A stretch of DNA of 64,000 nt. Origin: Lingula anatina (Eukaryota; Animalia; Brachiopoda). Numbering within the stretch: the first letter of the stretch is position 1; the number at the start of each line of letters is the position of its first letter. The stretch lies in NCBI GenBank assembly GCA_051362555.1, contig CM120641.1, positions 36,462,401 through 36,526,400 on the forward strand. Direction: 5' to 3'. The notes under the pieces were generated by a model. That model was not told where the DNA came from. It did not search any database and saw nothing but the letters and a program-made list of their open reading frames with translations. Below are positions 1 to 15,906 of this stretch, piece after piece. A program made the translations under genes and the position numbers.

Positions 1-178
1 ACCACTAAAATAAATACCTTCATGTGAGGGTCCACAGGTTCTATCTTTTCCCTTTATTGTCTAGTGTATGAACATTGTACCAAAAACGTTTGTTCAATAT
101 TTTAATATGTTTGCTCCTGATAACCAGGACATGCCCATATTTTCTCCAGTGCAAGTTTCTTTCACTTATATATAGTAA

Positions 179-189
179 TATATATATAG

Positions 190-246
<57 letters not shown>
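179..246. repeat. (TA)n microsatellite
   Basis: Direct reading; explains the YIYIYI ORFs. Confidence 0.95.
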
Positions 247-247
<1 letters not shown>

Positions 248-944
248 TGTATGTAACACAAAGCAACCAAAACACACTAATTTTAAATATACCAGTAGGG
301 TATAAGGACAACCAGGCTTTGGCATAAAAGGTCAAAAATACTAACAATGCCACCATTTATAGTGAAGATCTTAGATCAAAGCATTGTTAAACTTTCTTTA
401 CAAAGAATGATTTTTAAGAAATAGTTTTCCATTTATGCAGAAAACTAAAAGTTATTTTGACAAAAGGGTTAATATGAGTCATTGTCACGAGATTTCCACC
501 AGCCCATGACTGTTTTTAAAAGCACTTACACATAACAAGCTCTTATATTACTCTAAAAACAGAATACAACAGCGGAGGTTCAAATATTTATCGTTCAGAC
601 AACACAATGCTTCAGAATTTGGAATACGTGTTGTTTTGTTGTTGCAACCAAAGGATTAAATATGCATAAAATCAGGAAAACAAAACAACAAAGACGTAAT
701 GGTATAACAAATGCATGTTACTCTGAACAGTCTCTGTGCCTGGACATTAATATTCCTCTTTATTTGCCAAAAGAAAAGTTTACCAGACCTGGTTTTAGCC
801 CGAGTCATTTTTGCTAAATTGCATATCTTTAGAGCCATTCTTCTCTGTCTGAAATACACCAATTACCATACAAAAGGTTCACCTTTAGCAGATTAAGCAA
901 GTCCCTCAGATAACACACAACACAAGGCTCTAATATTATTCTTA

Positions 945-2471
<1,527 letters not shown>

Positions 2472-3703
2472 AACTGGGCTGTTACGTTGTGGACGTAATA
2501 AGAACCATGCAGAAACTGTCAACGGTGTGCTTTTGTGGTTCCCTGTGTTATTCTTGATGGCAGTCAACGCTTTCGTCATTAAAATCATCCAATCGTTGAT
2601 CTAATGTTGAACAACAGACACGCCCCCTAATTAATTTTCTATTTTTACACTAAGCACGTGCAGCAACAATGATAGCCACGTTTCCTGTAAATAAAACCGG
2701 TTTTATCTCTTCTAAGCTTTGCATAAAGTCAATTCTTTTAGCCATCTTTTTACATTGAAGACTAAGGTCATATAGTAAGTAGAGCAAAATAGTACAGTAT
2801 AGTTGAGGAAAACGAGGCACAAACAAGATTGTCCCTTTCGGTTACCTAGCACTCCTCCTAGTACTATTACTCCTGTTTTTATGTACAGACACAGAATATT
2901 CATAAAATACAGGTCAAGTTCGAAGATTAGCCTGATCGACCCAATTTTCCAAAAGTTATGCTGTTTTTATTTTTCAGCATAATTTATACGAATAAAATGA
3001 AATCCGTTTTACCTTTTGTCTTCAAACTGATGGAACTGATGAATTTTTATGAAATACAGGTCATGTTCAATAATCAACCTAATCGGCCCTTTTTCCAAAT
3101 GCTTTTTCCTTTTTTTTTTAATCAAATTTTATCCACCGTTATACAAGCAAAATGCAAAACAATGCCCATTTTGCTTTGAAACTTGCTTAGTTTATTTTTG
3201 TTGAAGCTTGATTAGTTTATTTTTGTTGTACTTATGTTGTTTTTTTTTGTATATAAATGGGTTTTCCTCAGATTCAATTCTGAGGCATGTCAACAGTCTC
3301 AGTATTGAACTTATTTTATTTGTAAAGGTGCTCTTTGACATTTTCTTCAACTTAACAATTTTGTAAATTGCTTATATAAAATTGATGGTAAATCTTTTAT
3401 CATGCATTGTGTAATTAAGTGTCAAAAATGGCAATTACCCCAAATTTGTGCAGTTTGTAAGATTCAATCCCTCACTATGTTCAGAATCTCAGAATGGAGC
3501 AAAGTGGACATTTAAAATTGTTTTATTAATATTTTTTCCATCTTAACATTTTTTTAGTTGATCATTTAAAAATGGAAGTAAATTGGTTATTGTGTATTAT
3601 GTAGTAAGTGTTGAAATGAAAATAACACGCTACTGTACTCAGAAGAAATACTACATATTGGCATTTTTAAGGTGTGACTTTGAATTTCCATGGGCCTGAA
3701 AAC

Positions 3704-3878
3704 CTTTGCTAGTCACAAGAATGATGTGATTTTTTTCTTCAGTCAACAGCTAATATTGAGGTGTCTATCAGGACATCTTCTTCCCTGAAGAGTCTCAATA
3801 TTAGCTGTTGACTGAAGAAAAAATCACATCATTCTTAGAACTTAACACAGCTGATGAAATTCTTCTTTGCTAGTCACA
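3704..3878. mobile_element. Short insertion with 14-bp direct repeats and internal ~44-bp inverted repeat (Penelope-like/non-LTR remnant?)
   Basis: ctttgctagtcaca at 3704-3717 and 3865-3878; arms 3717-3760 and 3794-3836 are reverse complements (one-T length difference). Confidence 0.65.
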
Positions 3879-6302
3879 TTTTCTAGATATCTATGTTACC
3901 TGCAGTTCATAATTTAAAATTAATGGTGGTTATAAGCTGTTAAGAATTATGTAACATTGCATCAAAATAGATTTAAAATATTTTTTGTATTACTGCTACA
4001 AATGACCTGAAAGGAAAACTGCTACTTATTATTCTGTAACCTACAAGAATGTGTGACATACAGCTCAAATTGGCAATCCAGCTTGATTGATTGGTTAATT
4101 TTTCTTGTTGTCTGTACATTTGACAGCTATGCTGCCTTGTTTTACAGAGCACACAAGCAATTTTTTAACGAATAGGATTGCTCAAGGCTGATTATTTGGA
4201 CTAGGGTAGTCTATATGGACTGATTTGCCTCTTTAGGGGGCTGTTATTCTTGATAAGGAACGCCTCTGCATTCTTTTACCAGCCAACTAGTCAGTGAAAT
4301 TGGTAAATTTACAACTCCTCAGAAAACAGTTCAAATATGTGAAAACATGTCCTTACTGTACAGGAGTGTTAGAAATTTCAGAGACAATAATCAACTTAAA
4401 TTAAACAATCATTCTTTATTTTTATGCTTATGATTTATACATATATATCATTTTGGGAAGGCTGTGTGATTAAGAAATAATACCGTATTGGTAAACGTGA
4501 CACATTTTGAAGTGTTTCTTGCAAAATTTAACAACAATAAATAAGGCACAATTTGCAAATATTCCAAATATTGCAAATAGTAACAATGCCATTTACCAAG
4601 AAATTACAATGGTTTTTCTAGAAACAAGTAACTAGGCATCCAGATAACATCGCGCAATCATGTACATTGATACATTTGTGATATAATTAATGATAAACCT
4701 GGAAACTTTAAGATAGACAGAGATCAATATGTTTCGCCACCTTAGCTGTAATATTTCTTTTATCTCCATAAGAATTAAATATGTACAAAGAAATTATCTC
4801 AAATTCAAATTTTAACATGGCCAGCCACATTTTTTGTTTTATATATTGAACATCACCACACAAAATTAAATAATACTAGTAAATACAAAAAGATTCAACA
4901 TTTAAATGGAGAACAATATAGCTGATAGAGATAAAGAGATTTAAATTTATGTAAGCTAACTAGATATGTACACATACAATGAAATGTAGATTTTAATCTA
5001 TTATTAAAATAAAATAATAAATCATATTCATGTGTACCAGCATAGTATCAAATCAAGTTTTTTACAAATTAAATTAAGAAAAGTAATACAAAGACCAGAA
5101 ATTTCTGTTAGGTATATCCTACAAAACAGAATGATGCCTAGAATCTTCAAAATTGATGTTAATAGAATCGAAATGAAGTGCCAATTATTTAATCAAAGCT
5201 GTAACATAAGGAATAAATGAGATATCATTATTAAATACATAAGTTTGCTAGTTTTTCTCATAATACATTGTCTTAAACAAAACTGTTACAGTATGGATTT
5301 ATAGCAATAAATATGGTACAAATGAGCAATACTGGTAAAGTTGAACATTAGGCAAGTATACGTTCTGCTTTATCATAAGCATTTCAAAACATGTTACTTT
5401 AAGTTTTGGATTCAACAATATGTAAAAAATCTTTAACAAAATTTCATATAATTAGAACCTTGAAACATTTTAATTATTATACCCCTTTTGCTGATTATAT
5501 ACACAATTGTAATATTCTATAGAATATTCCAATAATAAGTGATGTAGCACAAGTTTGAACATTTCTTTCTGAAAAGGAAGTTTTGAGTCCTTAATAAAAA
5601 ACAACACATACAGCAATGACTCGATCTTTTCAATGGGCAAAACTTACCATTCTTTCAGATTCATAATTTTAGAACCATAAAAATTAAATTTCTGTGTAGC
5701 ATTTGTGGTGCTTTTAATGCATAGAATAGAACTATAAAGTAGCCTGATTTTCAGTTTTGTAGCTTCCACTCAGTGGGAATGCTCTCATTTTAAAGTGATA
5801 ATAACTGTTCATTTTTGCCCAAAAATGAATTTTCCTGGGGTAAACAATTTCCCCATGCTTACCAATGGTTAATGAATCCATTTCTATATTCAAAGTTAGT
5901 CCCTGTTTTTTTCTCAAAAGTTTTTTTTTTTTTTTTTTGTAATAATCTCTTAAGAGATCATTTCAGAGTATAGCCATCTATGGAGGTCTGTGATCGGATG
6001 GCAAGCACAGATTTCAGATTTATTGCTATAACTGTGTTTTTTTGTGGTAAAATAGAATTATATTTCTAGGAGTTGTTTACAATGTATTTATTGTGAAATA
6101 TAGACTTCATATGAAGAGTTGTTCTCCCTTTAAGGAATTATTACTGAAAAATACAGTATCTGTAAAAATTAACAATTTTCTCCCTATCGAATAGATAGAA
6201 TAATTACTGTAAATAGGAAAATGACATTATTCTGTTGCTTCAATCTGTATAACAGATGTTCCCAGGGTTTGTTGCACAGGTAACCAAACAGCAAACTTCA
6301 TT

Positions 6303-9300
6303 TCAATTACTGTCACTCGCCATGACGTCAGTATCAGAGGCCCTTAATTCCCCTCTCTGTATGGCTTCATTAACACGATTTAGCAGGAACTGTTTATCCT
6401 TCCCTTCCTTAAAGAACAATACAACGATGTGTTAAAGTTAATAAATATTCAAACAATAGGGCTTCATTAGCATACATGTCCACTGCAAGTTTTAGTTATA
6501 TAAATATATCAAAAGGTGTGAAATGTTCTAAAATAAAATCTGTCTGTTCACATCTAATATTTAAATCTAGATTTCACATTGAGCGTAAAAGTTTGTTTTA
6601 GGAATTTTTTGTGAGCTTGTCAAGTTTGAAATGTAACATGTTAGTAACTATTTTTCATAACTTTCTATGACAGTGATCTTTTTCAATTGAGCACAAGTAC
6701 TAGCTGACGTCATACTTAATTAAAATCAACCATAGCAAACTACTGGAAAACATAGCAACGGTACAGAATACGTCAATTCAAGATAAATAAACACCACAAA
6801 TTAAATATAAATTTCCTTTTTAGAAAATATGTTTACACATTTGAGATTTGTAAAAGTGTTCAATACAATTTATTTTTCTAAACGAGAAAACTAAATGCTG
6901 CCACTCTTAAACTATCCAGCAAAGTGGCAAATTAACATCAATACTGAACAGAGATACGTTTTAGAAGTACATAATGCTCATAGTTGTAAACCTACCAGTG
7001 CTAACTGTTCTTCTAGTAGCTTCATCATCTTCTTATGCCCTGATGTGATTGCAGTGTTGTAATAAATGGCAATGCTAAAAAGAAAAATGTCATTATAATA
7101 GTTAGCTGAATCCATGCCTCATGTTAGTCTTTCAGATAACTTTCAGATATAGTTTGCTTTTATATTATCAACACAGATCTTTCTTTATCTGTCAGGCTCA
7201 TGGTCAGTGGGGAGGGGGTTCTTTTTCTGAAAAGGTTGGACCTTTTACCATGAAACCTACGTGGGGCTTCTGAACATCCTCTGCAATTCTCTTGTACTGT
7301 ATATACACTTTTTATCAGACATGAATCTTGTAGACTTTGTCTACACCCAATATGTCAGGTTTCTAATGACAGTCAACAGAATGACAGATGTTGGAAAATC
7401 TGCTTCTGCCTAACAAATCATTTTGCCAAACTTCAAAGGTAGTCATTCAACAATTTGTTTGTACCTGACAAAACATGTTTTACATTAAATGCATCCCCTG
7501 TAAAGGAAAATAATATAAGATACATGGAAAGTCATAAGGTGATGGTTAGGTCATGAATATCTATACCTGGTAGAAAAGACAAAAATGAAAATCTTTGGTC
7601 TACAGTGGTTGTCCTCTGAAACGGTTTTTGGTTCACACATACACTTTCTAAAAATAGTCTGTTTTGTACAGTAGTTTGAAGCTAATAATATAGCATAAAC
7701 TTGCTAATTCACAAGAACCAATCTGAAGCATTTGTACTACGTATATCATTAACACTTTACAGTAATGACGTCTTCAGTTGTCGTAACTAGACAAAAATAT
7801 TATGTTATATTTTACCTTTAATGTTCAAACATAAGATCATGGCACAAACGGGACTACAGTGCATAATTAAAGATTGACGTTTATATTAACAGACACATCT
7901 GTGTCTTTGCAGAAAAATTACAATCAGCATATACTACACTGAACAGATATCTTACCTTAATACTATAACCACTGGTATGTGGAATACTGTAGAACCAAAG
8001 ACATAAAAAGCTTGCTGGACTTCTGAAGGTGCTGTAGATACCAAATTGGTGATTGTTGTATACATGACAAAATTCTGTGCACTGTACAATCTGAATGGAC
8101 CACATGACTGAGAGGGTTTAATCCTGAATAAAATTTAAGTCTGGTTAAAGAAACAGTAAGTGCAATTCCAAATGAACATGAAACATGTTGACAAATTGGG
8201 CAAGGTCTTCAATATATTTTACATGCATTTTTTACATGTTAGCTATTTCGGCCATTTTATTCTAACACACACAAACACACACTTTCTATCAAGTGAGCTG
8301 AGGTAAAAAATCAACCAACAAAATATTACAAGTACAGTACATCGAAACTGAGATCAGAAAGAAGTGTTGCTAAACACAATGTTTTCTCTATAGGTCACTT
8401 TTTTTTTGGGCTGGGGGGGGGGGGGGGGGGCTTAGGAGGGTTAAGATAACTGGCCTTCTGGTTGGAAAAGGTCTGCTTTGAATCAAAATCTGATGTAGGA
8501 GATAGTGGAGAGGGAACGTGAATCTGAATAAATGTGTACTAATATGTCATTAATAATTTGCACCTGGCATCAGTCCATAGTTTTGTGTTTATTTGCCAAG
8601 GGACAGTGAATATGCTCCCTCTTTAAGTACCGTACAAAGGACTAAAATTTTAGAAAATCAAACATCTTATTCTTTACTTATCAAATACCATTACTTTTAA
8701 AAATTCTTAAACCTAAACTCGGCAATTACACATCAAATTTAACACAAAGGAGAGCTCCCATTTACAAAATTTTAATCATTTTCTTGAAAACATTGAAATA
8801 CAACAGAAATGTCAGTTGAACTTAGTTTCTACTGTAATTGAGTACAGACATAAGTTTCAGCTTTATCCTTTCAACAGTTTGGAAAATGGGCCCACAGTTT
8901 GAATAAAATTCATGAACTTCACAATTGGTTCTGCACCAATAATAGTCTATCAACAGGATTATAAAATAAGATATACTTACATGCCAATGCACACTCCGAT
9001 TGGTAAGACTGCTGTGAATGCAAATCCCAGCAGCAATACAACCATAAAGAAGAAGTTGGATCTAGCTGCCCTGTAAGGCTTGGAAGCAGGGATGCAATTT
9101 TTCATCAAAGACCACTGAAAATGGATAGACAAGGAAATATATTCTAAGATTATTCATTCAGTGCAGTATGGATTGCTTACTTGTGTGTATTTTTCACCCC
9201 TAATTGTTGTTCTGGTGGTTCTAAAATCTGTAATTTTGGATTACACTACTGTATGCCTTAATTGCTGGCATCAGTTCCTTACTCAAAAAAAACATCAGTC

Positions 9301-12300
9301 CTATAAAATATTGCAGTTAAAATAAGGGGGACAGATCAAGCAATTACGTTTTTGAGTTTTTAAACTGAGGTAGCCGTTTCCAAAGCCTTTTCAGAATTCA
9401 CACAACTCAATTACAAAGAAAATTCAGCTGTACCAATGGACTAACAAATATCAAGCATAATCAGACAAAACAGCTACAATTATACTGATATTTGACATGG
9501 AACCATGGTAATGATGTAGACTGTGCACAGATGTGCAAACACATGAATTTTGGATGATAATTCAGAATTCTTGAACACATTTGGATCATACTATTAAGAG
9601 ACATACCCTGAATGAGCTTACCAGGTAAGTTTTAAGATGACAAGATATTTAAAAAAAGCCTCATAAGTATAAAATACATATACTTGACTACTAGTACCTA
9701 AAATGAGCATAAATTAGGTAAAGGGCTACACTCCTTGTGAATCCAGAAAATTCACACATATGCATTATTTTTAATGAGTAGTTCCCTCAATCAAAGAATA
9801 AATTCCTTATTTGCAGGAGTATAATAAGCCGCAGGGTGCCAATCCTGCTATCCCACAGTACAGAACTAATTGCAGCTTCAGGATGCAGGTGCAACAAGTT
9901 GTCATGGGATACAACATAAAGAGCCTCCTACGCTAAGATAGGAGCAAGTAGATGTTTTACAAATGTGTCGAAACTGACTGCAATATTTAAAAGGAGCTGC
10001 CCTATAATGGTAGATGGTTCTGACAGAAAACTTTTCCAAATGAGTTTTTATTAGTAAAAACACTATGTTTTAATCTTCTGTATTACACAAGAGGCATAAT
10101 TGATATAGCCCAAGATTAATATGAGTAAATTCTGATGCTGGTGTTATCAAATAAAAATAATTTATTATTTTGTTGCAATATAAGTACATCATGGTATAGC
10201 ACTTAAGAAACTTAAGCTGATATAATGTGAAATTTAATTCAAACTGATGTTCAATATTTTTAGGTTGTAAAACATTAAACATTCAATTTGGCCTAACTTG
10301 CAAAATATGTTAAGAATGAAAACTGAATGTGATTGGCTAGGAATAACCAATAAAAGGTTGCAGCCTTTGCAGTCTTTTCAGAATACTGGATGAAAAATCT
10401 CTAGCTGTCAAACAATTTTGTTCTGCCGTCAAAAACTACTGTGTGATAAAATGGAAAATTCAGTTGTTATAATCTTCATAGTTTTAGATCAAATCTTTAT
10501 AGTACCAGTGTTCATTGTGACTTGTGTGGCTGCCAGGACTGTTATAAAGCATGCAGGGATATCAGTGAAAAGTAAGTGCATATTTTCCTGTTATAATTTG
10601 ATTTTTTTCAAATTTGTCTGTTTGCTAATGAACATGAACACCCTTATTCTAAAGGTCTAAAATATCATTTAAGGATATTGTCACCATTTGCACAAAACTC
10701 CTTATTTACTGCCTTACATACATTCTTTTGGGTAATAGATAAATCTTCAATGTTCAGTGACTAAATTAATTACCATTTAAACATATGTCATTTTATGGGT
10801 GATGTCATAATTGCGATTTCTGAGGTAAAAATGAAAAAATCCTTTTCTCAAATTTCTCCTTTACCTGAGCACCCACAATCACCATTTCAATGCCGATTTA
10901 ATGACACCATTTAGTACTCCAAAACCCTGCCAGAGATTTAAACCAAAACAACAGCACGGGATTGTAGCTCATATACTCTGCCAATTTTCATAATAAAATC
11001 TTGTTCAGGGATAAAGTTATGCCCCACAACAATTGCTGTCTCACCTCAAATAAGAAAAGTGTTAAATTGATGATTTAAGCTTTGAGTTGCCTATGCTTAT
11101 ACATTGCAATGAGAAATATTAACTCCAGTATTTTATATATTTCAAGGGGATTTCTTATTTTTTTAAATCAGCACAAGGATAAATGCATTACTGAATAATC
11201 AGATGCAGGAAAAACCTCATTTTCGGTGTGTCTGGATGATAATAAAGGGTTATAATATCCTTAAGTTTGCTTTATGTGTTAAACTTATCTATAACCTATT
11301 TCCCCAAAAAGATTATAAACAATTTTTGGGAAGAAAAATTTAAGTGGACAATTGTTTGTTCAAGGTAACATGATAGCCACAATAGCATCTGGCACATTTG
11401 TTTTCCTGGCGGAAGAAACCATCTGGAATATTGCACTGGTAACATCAGATGAAAAGAGCATCCCAAAGGTCTTCTGGCTCATTCTCAAAAATACCCATGA
11501 TAGCAGTTTGCTGTTGATCCATATGGGACTAGCTTGGCTTTCTCTGCAACTGTGAGTACCTTTACTAACTATTGTCTCAAAACATCCCCACAATGTAAAG
11601 CCCAACAACATTGATAATTTACCCAGTATATGTTTTTTTTTATCAGTCCCTTTAATCATTTCATCAAACAATAAAATGTTCCTAGATATTCTTTTGCACA
11701 TTACTTTTGTGAATTCATTTTTTAGCTTTTTACTGTAAATACATATTGGAATCCATTTACGACAAAACAGTAACAAATTCATCAAAACATTCTATCTGTT
11801 TCAGTGCCTCAAACTTTTTTAAAAGTATCAGAATTGTGAAATGCATCAGCATTTTCTTATGGACAATCTCAGGTAAATTATTTCCTTTTTTTAATCATAA
11901 GTTTCTTTGACAAGTTCAATTTTGAAACTTATTCAAAAATGGTCAAGATAAATAAGTACATTTTACTGTAATCAGTCCCTATTTCTTGATCTTGAACTGC
12001 ATGTAAGAGCTTAATGAATTCAATGTAAAAAAAAAGAGTAACATTTTCTCCAGTATATCAAGGTTTCCAAGGTTTCATCAGAAGCACTGTGTTATGGGCA
12101 ACACTAAAAGCAATCATGGATAAATTTGATAAATTTAATTGTTTTCAGTTGGAGCAACAGTAGCCATATCCCATGGGACAACAGATGCCAACACAAACAC
12201 AGAGCCTGTTGACAAAACAGCATACATTTCAAAGGCAATCTTCCCTACAAAGGATATATCTACTACTACGAAGTGGGCAATCTCTTCAGTAATTTATCTT

Positions 12301-15098
12301 CCTTTTGTATTGATTATCATTTTATCCAGCATCATAATAAGAAAGAAGCAAAAGCAAACTATTTTTGCTCTCAATGGTGAAGAACAGGATACAAATGATG
12401 TCCACAATATCCGTGCAGGGCATGCTCTTCTACCCGTTCTTCTGAGTGAAGTTATATTCATGATAATTTCCTTCATCTTCAAGAACATGGAAAACAGTAT
12501 AAATGTTCACAAGTACGAATTCATAATTTTTCTCAATTGTTTCTTCATCCATGCCCTAATAGTCACTTTACCCACTGGTCTTTGTATTGTTGGCAAAGAA
12601 TTTCAGATAAAGCTCAGCAACTGCTGTGAGAGAACAAAAGCCACGTATACAATAAAGACTCCGAGGGATGATACCGTCAATGTGGATGAAATAGAACCAG
12701 CAATCACATCAAACCCAGTCCAGCGTCCCCAACAGTTGAATTCAAACAAAATCAGTGTGATTATTCACAATGAACTGAACCAAGAAATTGACTGCTCTGT
12801 AGAACCCGAATTCAAACGTTTGTCAATGGCCGGTCCTGCAAGTGGCCAGAAGGGTGCCAAATCAAGAGCCAGCAGTCTTACAGGAAAACCTGGTCCATCT
12901 AAAATAGTCACTCTTTCAGTGAGCGTAGACGATGAGAGCTTATGCACAAGAAAACTTTCATTAGTGTCCAGTTTGTCTATGGGAATGTCACAGGTGGCAT
13001 TTCATGGTTCCACGACATGTCTGTCAAACTTTGAAGAGGATTTCAGTGCCCCTGCCTCCCCTACAAAAGCCCCTCCAAACCAAACAATCAACGAAGTATT
13101 TCTAGGTGGGGAGCTTCAACTGCGTGATCTCAACATAAATCATGAGCGATCATCATGCCCAGCATGGAATTATAACCTCAGTCCACCACCACTACGAAGA
13201 GACTGCACATCTATGCCTGACCGCAAGAATACGGCAGGTAATAACCCAGCAATGGAGGACTGGCATAAAGTTCAAAAATGGAGAAACCAAAACATCAAAA
13301 TGGCCTGGACCTCAAAGCCATCAAATGAATGAAACATCTGCAGTAGACAGAGAAAGAAGAATGTACGGCCACTCACCTTTTTCAAATAGAAAAGGATGAA
13401 GCACTTCAGAACTGTTATTGCTGGGATGAGAGGACTGAAGAAAGCCCCCAACCTGCAAAACAATAAAACAATGTTACAAGTTCTAGTAATTGTGAATGTT
13501 GAAACCATGTTAACAAAATTCATTAATACAAAATAAATTTAGTATAAAACACTGAAGCTCAATGTTTCAAATTAACTGTTCAGACTATGAGACAAAAAGT
13601 TTGGAGGGCAAATACAGAGAGTGCTATTTTACACTGCTCCATGAGGACTGATACATATTTCACACCAGTGTTTTTTGGGAACTTAATCATGTAAAAACAA
13701 CAGTGCACATACTCTTTTATCCCACAGGTCACCACCAGAGAGGGGCAGTTCACACAAGTCAGTCGTCAGAGCTTGTACAGGGATGACATTCAAACTTAAA
13801 GGTGGTAGTAGTCTCCATCCATCTTATTTCATAGTTAAATTCTGTTGTTGTTTTGTATAAAGTCTGCACAGTACTGATGATGTTTTGTTATCTTTTTCAG
13901 TGTTTCAATAAAGTATTTTTCTTTTCTTTTTGTCAGCTCAAGTGAACTGTTTTTCCAGCTCAAATCTGATAAGTTGTCTGTGAAAATTATGACATCCATT
14001 TTATCCCAATATGGCAATGATGATATGGCTAGTGGCAGTGGTCTTAACATTTTTTAATTATTTTGTGCAAAAGTTAAGTGTTGTGCCAATTGGTCATGCT
14101 AAGGAGAACAATTTTTTACGTCAATTTATATCATAATTACAATTTAAACCACATAAATATACAAAGTGCACAGGCTTTAAATAGATTATAAAAAAAACAA
14201 AGTTTTATTGGCTGTGCTGCCTCTGGGTCTTTTTGGCCAGACCCGGCAAGGACAACTTAAAGTCATCAGATATCAAACCTCCCTGTACCTAATATGACCT
14301 GAAGGTAAATCACGGTATTGAATACCACTGTATTTAATATGACTTGTGGGTAAGGCACGGTTTTCAATATGACCCAATGGTAAAGCAAATGCCGTGCAAA
14401 GTGGTAGGGATGCCCATGGACAAGATGATAGAAAAAGTTAATTAAACCATTTCATTGTAGAGAATTAAATATTCAACACTCTGACACAAAATTATCTAGT
14501 ACATGTATATATCATTAAATCATTTTTACCAGCACAGGGTCTGTGTGTACACTACATCTAGAACATTCTTTGGGATGTCAAATTCTTGTTGACCGACTAA
14601 TTTCATGAGTTTGTTTTTATGAAACCTGGTAACCAACAGTCTGAAATGAAAGGGTAAATGTAAGCAATAAATATAAAAGTAGTACTATGCTAAATCATCT
14701 TTATATTATAGTATTCATAAAAGCTCAAACTTATTCACTGTATAATCATATAATCAAAATTGCTATTTTTTAAGCTTATGCTTTCATACAGGAATATTGG
14801 TACTTATTTAAGTGAATATTATTCTACTCAAACAAGCTATGAAAAAAATCCAGTGTTGCTGGAGTAACCATTTATATTTTCATTGCAAGGAAGATGGACA
14901 TTATAAAGCCAATCAAACAGTTATTGATATTGATTGAACTGAAAAAAAATAATCAAAGGAGCAAAACTAAACAATAAAAAATACTACTTACTTTCTTGGA
15001 AACTCCGCAAAAATTGTGACACCGGCCACCACCAAAAAATCCAGAATGACAAGTTTATATATCTGCTGACCCACATAGGTTTCCCAGCACTGAAATGG

Positions 15099-15147
<49 letters not shown>

Positions 15148-15737
15148 TGCACTGAATGCAAGGTAATTCATATGTCTTTATGTCAGATAACACATTTAAC
15201 ATAAAGTAACCTCACATATTATTGCACAATAAAATATCAAATGGTCACTGCTCAAATAAAATTCCATTATTAACCTCATAAAAAAACATAGGGATGGTGG
15301 CAGAGAAGACTGAAAATGCAAAATTATTTTATTTCATTTTCTCCGCATATTTTAGCACATGAAAAAATCAGAAAAATAAACACAGTCACTTACCAAATTC
15401 TCTAGCACAAAAAATAGGAGAAATGAACCAAAAAAAAGGAAATTTTCCATTACTGAACAATCATACCTACTAAGTATTTGTTCTTAGATATGCAATTCAA
15501 CAGGCATGGTGATAAAACTTTCAAATCAAAAACAATTATTTGTAGTATTATTTTTGAAAATGTCAAGCTTTCAACAACCTTTCTACTATTCAAGGTTTTC
15601 TAAAAGATTTACTTACCAAGTAAGGATCTTTTGGGAAATTACAGTTGCCACATTTTAAGACACACCCCTGGTTAGTTATTGCAAAGTAGATTGAAACCAG
15701 AAGAACACCAATGGAAGTCAGCCGTAAGAAAACAGTC
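6303..15737 (-). CDS. TMC (transmembrane channel-like, TMC4-7/TMC7-like) protein, 3' half: 8 exons
   Basis: Exons 15617-15737 (TVFLRLTSIGVLLVSIY...), 14992-15089 (CWETYVGQQIYKLVILDFL...EFPRK, the TMC signature), 14530-14640 (EFDIPKNVLDVVYTQTLCW), 13377-13452 (LGAFFSPLIPAITVLKCFILFYLKK), 8981-9114 (NCIPASKPYRAARSNFFF), 7956-8123 (PSQSCGPFR), 6996-7074 (IAIYYN...LEEQLAL), 6303-6407 (EGKDKQFLL...stop). All GT-AG and phase-compatible. Confidence 0.95.
10451..13332 (+). CDS. Divergent orphan 7-transmembrane (GPCR-like) protein, ~519 aa, nested antisense in a TMC intron
   Basis: Exons 10451-10571, 11365-11551, 11805-11872, 12149-13332 join in frame (1560 nt). Seven hydrophobic segments by eye, Trp in the 4th, followed by a long Ser/Pro-rich tail. 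Acceptor at 10381 and donor at 9624 suggest a 5' UTR exon; AATAAA at 13462. Confidence 0.75.
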
Positions 15738-15906
15738 CTGAAAGAACAAAATTAATAATAATCTTTCATTCAAGTGCACATACAAATTTATAACAATGGC
15801 TTGGATAAGACTTGGAGAAGCTAATAAGCTTTCAATTTAAACATAAAAAATAACTTTTTAAAAATTTTTTCAGGGGTATAATGTCACTTTGGACAGACAA
15901 ATCTTC

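Noticed and set aside
41-356. Three overlapping ORFs with YI repeats
   Set aside because: Artefacts of the (TA)n microsatellite.
11360-11785. 141-aa minus-strand ORF
   Set aside because: Antisense shadow of 7TM exon 2 plus intron; not TMC-like, no fitting splice phases.
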